From NCBI GenBank assembly GCA_050253075.1, contig JBFWJS010000001.1, forward strand, positions 96,001 through 160,000: a stretch of DNA of 64,000 bases, given 5' to 3'. The DNA is from Deferribacterales bacterium. GTDB lineage: Bacteria > Chrysiogenota > Deferribacteres > Deferribacterales > Geovibrionaceae. The position numbers were made by a program, and so were the translations under genes. Of the stretch, positions 56,516 through 64,000 are shown piece after piece. Positions within the stretch are counted from its first letter, which is position 1. Each line of letters starts with the position of its first letter. The notes under the pieces are model-generated. The model had not been told where the DNA came from and searched no databases. It saw only the letters and a list, made by a program, of their open reading frames with translations.

Positions 56516-57336
56516 TCGCCACCCTTCATGAGAGCCTTTATCTTCTGATTCACCGTTTCAGACTCGGGGCGATACTTCAGATATTTGGAATAGTCGAGTA
56601 TGGCGTCGTCCTTCTGCCCCAGCTTTTCATATGCTACGGCTCTGTTCATGTATGCTTCTGGCATGTCCGCATTCAGCTTTATGGCCTCTGTACAGTCTGT
56701 CACAGCCTCTGTATATTTTTCCAGCTGGTTGTTCACCATGCATCTGTTGTTATATGCGAGTGCATCCTTCGGGTCTATCTTAATAGCGAGGCTGAAATCT
56801 GCCGCTGCGTCCTGATATTTCTCAAGGGCGATGTATGCCTGTCCTCTGTTGTTATAAGGTGTCACATAGTCACGTTTGAGTGATATCGCCTGTGAACAGT
56901 CTGCGATGGCGCTGCCGTATCTGCCCATTTTCAGGAATGTCATACATCTGTTGTTATGAGCCATATAGCTGGCAGGGTTGATGCTTATCGCTTCGGTACA
57001 CGCCTGATGCGCACCTTTCAGCTCACCCTGATCGAGATACAGCCCGCACAGGTTTGTGAGGGATGCGTAGTCCTCTTTATCAAACTTATAAGCCAGCTTA
57101 TAATTCATGATGGCGTCGTCTATCTCGCCCAGCTGGGACTGCACATATGCAAGGTTGCTGTATCCTCTGGAAAACTTAGGATTTTCATTTATAGATTCGT
57201 TGAAAAAGACTTTCGCTGCCTGAAGGTCGCCCGTTTCCAGAGCTTCCATCCCTTTTTTATAATATTTCCCCTCGCCAAAGGCAAAGGCGAACATTGTAAC
57301 CGACATAACCAGCGCAAAAACAGTAATAAATCGCAT
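56512..57336 (-). CDS. Exported tetratricopeptide repeat protein
   Basis: Signal peptide and tandem 34-aa TPR units (AYNNR...A..D...AI). Confidence 0.9.
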   Translation of the reverse strand: MRFITVFALVMSVTMFAFAFGEGKYYKKGMEALETGDLQAAKVFFNESINENPKFSRGYSNLAYVQSQLGEIDDAIMNYKLAYKFDKEDYASLTNLCGLYLDQGELKGAHQACTEAISINPASYMAHNNRCMTFLKMGRYGSAIADCSQAISLKRDYVTPYNNRGQAYIALEKYQDAAADFSLAIKIDPKDALAYNNRCMVNNQLEKYTEAVTDCTEAIKLNADMPEAYMNRAVAYEKLGQKDDAILDYSKYLKYRPESETVNQKIKALMKGGE

Positions 57337-57426
57337 AAGATTCCTCCTATGGGATATAAATTAGCACCTATACATTTTTTCCGCCAGAGTTAAGAGAGGG
57401 TATTATGAACAATCGATGTAAAATGT

Positions 57427-57681
57427 TTATGATAACTTACTGATAACCTCAGACTCTTCCATGTCTATCTCCAAAACCTTATGACGGGATTTGTCGCCGG
57501 AGACTATATTCACCTTTGATCTGGAGAGACCGAGCTGTTTTGATATGAACTTGACGAGTGCCTCATTTGCAGCGCCTTCCACAGGCGGAGCGCACACTCT
57601 TATTTTGAGCTTGCCGTCGTGCTCGCCAGATATCTCTGTCTTTTTAGCACCCGGCTGTATGTATACGGACAGCTTCATCAT
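57427..57681 (-). CDS. DUF167/YggU-family protein
   Basis: IQPGAKK, APPVEGAAN, GDKSRHK. Confidence 0.9.
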   Translation of the reverse strand: MMKLSVYIQPGAKKTEISGEHDGKLKIRVCAPPVEGAANEALVKFISKQLGLSRSKVNIVSGDKSRHKVLEIDMEESEVISKLS

Positions 57682-58913
57682 TCCCTGCGGAGAGCCTCGA
57701 TTGGGTCGAGCTTCGCAGACTGCCTTGCGGGGAAGAGCCCTGCCACGTATGTGATGATGAGTGCGCACACTGTCACCACGATAAATGTCGAAAGCTCCAT
57801 CTTCACAGGTATCCTGTCCATGAAGTACACGTCCTCTGGCAGAGATATCAGCTTAAACTTTTCCAGCACCACACAGATGATGAATCCGAGGATGTTGCCC
57901 ATCACAGTACCCGTGAGGCCGATTATCATCCCCTGCTTCATGAATATGCCCGAGATCATCCTTTCGGGTGCACCCATGGCACGCATGATGGCTATGTCAC
58001 GCTTCTTATCCTTCACGGTGACGGTTATCATGCTTATCACGTTAAATGATGCCACGATGATTATCAGGGTGAGAATGATGAACATTGCGTACTTCTCCAG
58101 CTTCAGAGCGGAGAAGAGGTTTTTATTCATACTTATCCAGTCACGTGACCAGAACGGAAACTCGAGCTGAGACTGTATATCGGCGGCTATTTCCTGAGCC
58201 TTGTCAAAGTTCTCCGTACGCACGCTGAAACCGGATGCTATATCACCCGTGCCAAAGAACTCCTGTGCATCTTTAATATCTATATACGCCAGAGAGTTAT
58301 TGTACTCATACATCCCCGTGTCGAACACGCCCGAAACTTCGAAACGCTTCATCTTCGGAGTGATGCCGAATGGCCCCTTCTTTCCGAAGGGAGAGACCAT
58401 AACGACCTCGTCGCCTATGAGAACACCGAGGCTGGCCGCCAGCTCTTTACCCAGAGCTATCTGCGGGTTGCCCGATTTCTCGGCCGGTTTGGAGATATCG
58501 TTGAAGTAGCCGTCGGTCATGAATTTTTCTATGGCGGTGACCTTCAGCTCCTCTTCGGGGATGACGCCCCTGACGATAACGCCGGAGACATTGTTCTCAC
58601 TGGTCAACAGAACCTGATTCAGAATGAAAGGCGAGACGCCTGTGACGCCCTTTGTGTCCTCTATGATACTCTTTATCCCGCGCCAGTTATCTATGGGCGA
58701 GACATCCACACGGTTTACCACTATGTGGGCGTTTGCACCGATGATGCGGTTTTTCAGATTATCCGAAAATCCGCTCATGACGCTCACCACGACAATGAGC
58801 GTAGCCACGCCGAGCAGTATTCCCAGTATGGATATACCTGATATAAAAGAAAGTATCTTGTTTGACTTACGGCTTCGGAGATATCTCTTTGCCACGAACC
58901 TTTCAAAACGCAA
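57678..58913 (-). CDS. Lipoprotein-releasing ABC permease (LolC/E family)
   Basis: RYLRS, GVATLIVVVSVMSGF, ALKLEK, DIAIMRAMGA, PARQSAKLDP; TTG start. Confidence 0.9.
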   Translation of the reverse strand: MRFERFVAKRYLRSRKSNKILSFISGISILGILLGVATLIVVVSVMSGFSDNLKNRIIGANAHIVVNRVDVSPIDNWRGIKSIIEDTKGVTGVSPFILNQVLLTSENNVSGVIVRGVIPEEELKVTAIEKFMTDGYFNDISKPAEKSGNPQIALGKELAASLGVLIGDEVVMVSPFGKKGPFGITPKMKRFEVSGVFDTGMYEYNNSLAYIDIKDAQEFFGTGDIASGFSVRTENFDKAQEIAADIQSQLEFPFWSRDWISMNKNLFSALKLEKYAMFIILTLIIIVASFNVISMITVTVKDKKRDIAIMRAMGAPERMISGIFMKQGMIIGLTGTVMGNILGFIICVVLEKFKLISLPEDVYFMDRIPVKMELSTFIVVTVCALIITYVAGLFPARQSAKLDPIEALRRE

Positions 58914-58932
58914 ATTGAATCCTTTTCTAATT

Positions 58933-58995
58933 TGTCATTCTGAGCTTTGCGAAGAATCTGTGTGTATCAGATCCTTCGCTAACACTCAGGATGAC
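58933..58995. repeat. CGTC-type palindromic repeat (compact, near-canonical)
   Basis: GTCATTCTGAG...GCGAAGAATCTG...CAGATCCTTCGC...CTCAGGATGAC. Confidence 0.85.
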
Positions 58996-59066
58996 TTAAT
59001 ATTTTATTTAGACCGCCTGAGCAACCAAAAGGTTGCGATAGCGGCAATTCGTCTGTAGGTGCTTAC

Positions 59067-60614
59067 CTACTCCCATTCGATGGTTGCAGGTGGTTTAGAG
59101 CTGATATCGTAGGCAACTCTGTTTATACCGCGAACCTCGTTTATTATCCTGTTTGAGATGCGTCCGAGCACTTCATAAGGTATGTGTGCCCAGTCTGCCG
59201 TCATGCCGTCTGTGGACTCCACAGCACGTATGGCGACTGCATTCTCATATGTTCTGTTGTCACCCATGACACCGACAGTGTTTACAGGGAGCAGAACAGT
59301 GAAAGCCTGCCATATCTTACGATAGAGGCCTGCTTTATGCAGTTCCTCGAGGAAGATGGCATCCGCCTCACGGAGCACGTCGCAGCGCTCTTTTGTGATC
59401 TCGCCGAGAACCCTTACGCCGAGGCCTGGGCCCGGGAATGGGTGTCTCCATATGAAATGATCGGGGATACCGAGCTCTGCACCTACCTGACGGACTTCAT
59501 CTTTAAAAAGTTCACGCAGGGGCTCAAGGAGCTTAAATTTCATATCCTCAGGTAGACCGCCCACGTTGTGGTGGGTTTTGATGGTCGCAGAAGGACCTTT
59601 AAAAGAAACTGATTCTATAACGTCGGGATACAGTGTGCCCTGTGCGAGGAAGTCGAATTCGCCGAGTTTGGCGGACTCTTCTTCGAAAATACGGACAAAC
59701 ATGTTTCCGATTGCTTTACGTTTTTTCTCCGGATCTGTGACACCTTTGAGAACTTCGAGGAATTTATCTTCGGCATAAACAGCCACAAGGTTCAGGTCAA
59801 ACTTGCCGTGGAAGGCTTCCTCGACCTGCTTTCCCTCGTCTTTACGGAGGAGACCGTTATCCACGAAGACACATGTGAGCTGGTCGCCGATGGCTTTCTG
59901 GATGAGAACGGCAGCAACGGATGAATCCACTCCGCCTGAAAGCCCGAGGAGAACTCTCTTATCACCCACAAGCTCTCTGATGCGCTCGATCTCTGTCTCA
60001 ACGAAATTATGAGGTGTCCAGAGCTGTTCGCATCCGCATATCTTCACTACGAAGTTTTCGAGGATCTGCTTACCGTTTACGGTGTGGGCAACCTCAGGGT
60101 GGAACTGTATGGTGTATATAGGTCTTGTCTCGTGGCGCATAGCAGCCACGGGAGCGTTATCTGTTCTGGCGATCACTTTAAAGCCTTCGGGCATTTTATC
60201 CAGTCTGTCGCCGTGGCTCATCCACACGACAAAGCTCTCTTCGTCTATATCTGCGAAGAAGTCGTCGGATTTATCTGCGTAGAGCTCCGCACGGCCGTAT
60301 TCTCTGTGGTCTGCAGCAGCGACAACACCGCCGAAGTACATACCTGTGAGCTGGTGTCCGTAGCATATGCCGAGTACAGGCACGCCGAGCTCGTATACTT
60401 CGTTGGAAACCTTCGGAGCATCTTCATCATAAACAGATGAAGGACCGCCCGAGAGGATGATGCCTTTCGCGCCGTATTCTTTTATTTTTTCGAATTCCAC
60501 ATTACATGGGAAAATTTCGCAGTAGACATTCGCCTCACGGATACGTCTCGCTATGAGCTGTGTGTACTGTGAGCCGAAGTCGAGTATTAATACCTTCTGG
60601 CTGTGTATATCCAT
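59067..60614 (-). CDS. guaA: GMP synthase (glutamine-hydrolysing)
   Basis: [42 protein letters not shown]. Confidence 0.98.
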   Translation of the reverse strand: MDIHSQKVLILDFGSQYTQLIARRIREANVYCEIFPCNVEFEKIKEYGAKGIILSGGPSSVYDEDAPKVSNEVYELGVPVLGICYGHQLTGMYFGGVVAAADHREYGRAELYADKSDDFFADIDEESFVVWMSHGDRLDKMPEGFKVIARTDNAPVAAMRHETRPIYTIQFHPEVAHTVNGKQILENFVVKICGCEQLWTPHNFVETEIERIRELVGDKRVLLGLSGGVDSSVAAVLIQKAIGDQLTCVFVDNGLLRKDEGKQVEEAFHGKFDLNLVAVYAEDKFLEVLKGVTDPEKKRKAIGNMFVRIFEEESAKLGEFDFLAQGTLYPDVIESVSFKGPSATIKTHHNVGGLPEDMKFKLLEPLRELFKDEVRQVGAELGIPDHFIWRHPFPGPGLGVRVLGEITKERCDVLREADAIFLEELHKAGLYRKIWQAFTVLLPVNTVGVMGDNRTYENAVAIRAVESTDGMTADWAHIPYEVLGRISNRIINEVRGINRVAYDISSKPPATIEWE

Positions 60615-60630
60615 TTTTCGTTTATCCTTT

Positions 60631-60682
60631 CGTCACCAACGAGCCCAGAGACTGCTTCGTCATTTCAATCCTCGCAGTGACG
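60631..60682. repeat. CGTC-type repeat (partial)
   Basis: CGTCAC...GAGACTGCTTCGTC...CCTCGCAGTGACG. Confidence 0.7.
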
Positions 60683-60810
60683 TTATTTACATTTAAAGGA
60701 CAAGTATGTCCCTTGCGGAGCTAACATATATGCTCCATCAGCATCACAAAGTGATGCGTAAAAAGAGGAAGCACAAACAGCATTCTCAGCTGGTGCTATG
60801 CCTCAACCTG

Positions 60811-62448
<1,638 letters not shown>

Positions 62449-62494
62449 TCAAACTGATTCCAAAGAAACGAGCAGTACGCAGTTTACAGGAGGT

Positions 62495-63307
62495 CTAGTA
62501 GCCCCAGTCACGGCAATAGCGGAAATCACGCCCGATAGTCCTCTGGCTCACTTTCGCTATAACGGTTGTGCGTCTTTTGAACTGGTTTCTTCTTATCCTT
62601 TCGTACACGTTGTTTACGAAGTCTGGCTCGTAGCCTTCTTCGATAAGTTCGGCTGTGCGCATCCTTTCGTCAACCATTTTATAGAGGAGCTCGTCCGCCT
62701 GTTTATAGGTGAATCCGAGTTCCTGTTCGTCCGTCTGGCCTACCCAGAGGTCTGCCGTCGGCGGTTTCGCTATTACGGAGTGCGGCACGCCGAGATATTC
62801 GGAAAGCTCCCACACCTGTGTTTTGTAAAGGTCTCCGATAGGGTTCAGGGCACTGGCGAGGTCGCCGTACCATGTGCCGTATCCGAGTAGAAGCTCTGTC
62901 TTGTTGCTTGTACCGAGCACGAGCCCTGCGACCTTCGCAGACATGTCGAAGAGGCATATCATACGCTGGCGTGCCATCACATTCCCCATGCGGAGCTTGC
63001 TGATGTCTGGCTGCATTTCAAAGTACGGGTCGCACATGTTGGTTATCTCGATGACTTCAAAGTTCAGCTTAAAGGCATCGGCAACTTTTATGGCATCTTC
63101 CAATGATTCTTTGCTGGAGAGCTTGTAAGGCATGCAATATGCATAAACCCTGTCTCCGCCGAGAGCTTTCGCTGCGAGGGCAGCACTGAGTGCGGAGTCT
63201 ATACCGCCGGAGAGACCGAGGACGACATTTTTCAGTCCGATCTTTTCTGTCTCTTCCTTTATAAAGTTTGTGAGTATATCAAGTGTAAGGTCAAGGTTCA
63301 GCTTCAT
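62495..63307 (-). CDS. nadE: NAD+ synthetase (synthetase domain only)
   Basis: [39 protein letters not shown]. Confidence 0.95.
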   Translation of the reverse strand: MKLNLDLTLDILTNFIKEETEKIGLKNVVLGLSGGIDSALSAALAAKALGGDRVYAYCMPYKLSSKESLEDAIKVADAFKLNFEVIEITNMCDPYFEMQPDISKLRMGNVMARQRMICLFDMSAKVAGLVLGTSNKTELLLGYGTWYGDLASALNPIGDLYKTQVWELSEYLGVPHSVIAKPPTADLWVGQTDEQELGFTYKQADELLYKMVDERMRTAELIEEGYEPDFVNNVYERIRRNQFKRRTTVIAKVSQRTIGRDFRYCRDWGY

Positions 63308-63308
63308 G

Positions 63309-64000
63309 TTACTGCTCCCTTTCCAGATGTTTTTTTAATATATAGCTTTTTTCGTCACGGAGGAAAGGTGTCTCGATGCGTGCCCTGCGCACTGTCTTCA
63401 TGTTTATCTCGACGCATCCCCTGTCTTCTTTGAACATGGCGAGCCTTGCCAGCTTCTTGCCTCTGGCGTCGTATGCCTCGGAACCGCCCCAGAAAGATAC
63501 GCCGTCTTCGACGCCGACCCTGTTTGCGTATACGAGGTTTACGGTAAGTACGCCTGCGACATAGCTGTTTGATGTCTGCCAGACATTCGCCGCATCATGT
63601 CCTTCTTCAAGGTTGCCTCTGGCGGGGCTGTTGGAAAGTATCAGGATGTTCTGCACTCCCGACTGGGAGAGGATGTAAAGGGCACTCATGTGGAATGAAT
63701 CTTCGCAGATGAGTATGCCGAATTTACCGAACTCTGTGTCGAAAGCCTGAAAATCTTTCCCGGCGGCGAAGTATCGCCCCTCTTCGAAAAGAGTGTAGTC
63801 AGGCAGATAAACCTTGCGGTGGGTGTGCACTGTCCTGCCTCTGTGGAGGAAAGCTGCGGAGTTGAAAAAGCGTCTGTCCTCAGACTCTTCCACATATCCG
63901 AAGACTATCGCAATATCCTTCGACATTTCGAGGAACTGCTGATAGATAGGATGGCTCTGATCCATCGCCACTTCATACACGAGATCCAGCAGATAGTACC
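63309..64000 (-). CDS. Carbon-nitrogen hydrolase; probable glutaminase partner of NadE (5' end outside window)
   Basis: [23 protein letters not shown]; frame open to the window end; 1 nt from nadE. Confidence 0.85.
   Translation of the reverse strand, partial: YYLLDLVYEVAMDQSHPIYQQFLEMSKDIAIVFGYVEESEDRRFFNSAAFLHRGRTVHTHRKVYLPDYTLFEEGRYFAAGKDFQAFDTEFGKFGILICEDSFHMSALYILSQSGVQNILILSNSPARGNLEEGHDAANVWQTSNSYVAGVLTVNLVYANRVGVEDGVSFWGGSEAYDARGKKLARLAMFKEDRGCVEINMKTVRRARIETPFLRDEKSYILKKHLEREQ

Overview
Ordinary chromosomal window from an anaerobic Gram-negative bacterium. The gene content (napMADGH, lpxK/msbA, ETF plus membrane Fe-S oxidoreductase, 'IAHQWRQP' kinases) suggests Deferribacterota (Denitrovibrio/Seleniivibrio-like); this assignment is inference. 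It holds about 56 CDS: an etfA/Hdr-like pair, a complete Lap type I secretion/c-di-GMP adhesion-control cluster without its adhesin, a soluble tandem-Cache/CheW fusion, a three-gene split glutamate synthase, the nap operon next to a Crp/Fnr regulator, and housekeeping genes (dnaX, guaAB, nadE, lolC/E, lpxK). I saw no rRNA, tRNA, CRISPR array, transposase or integrase. Intergenic DNA carries two families of palindromic repeats. The most unusual signals are the Cache-CheW fusion, a shared Cys-rich insert in two orphan histidine kinases, a phage-like islet with a candidate structured small RNA, a Moco-riboswitch-like leader before nap, a perfect Fnr-type box before a tiny Cys-rich protein, and an A10 slippage site in dnaX. 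All calls come from reading motifs by eye; no database searches were run.
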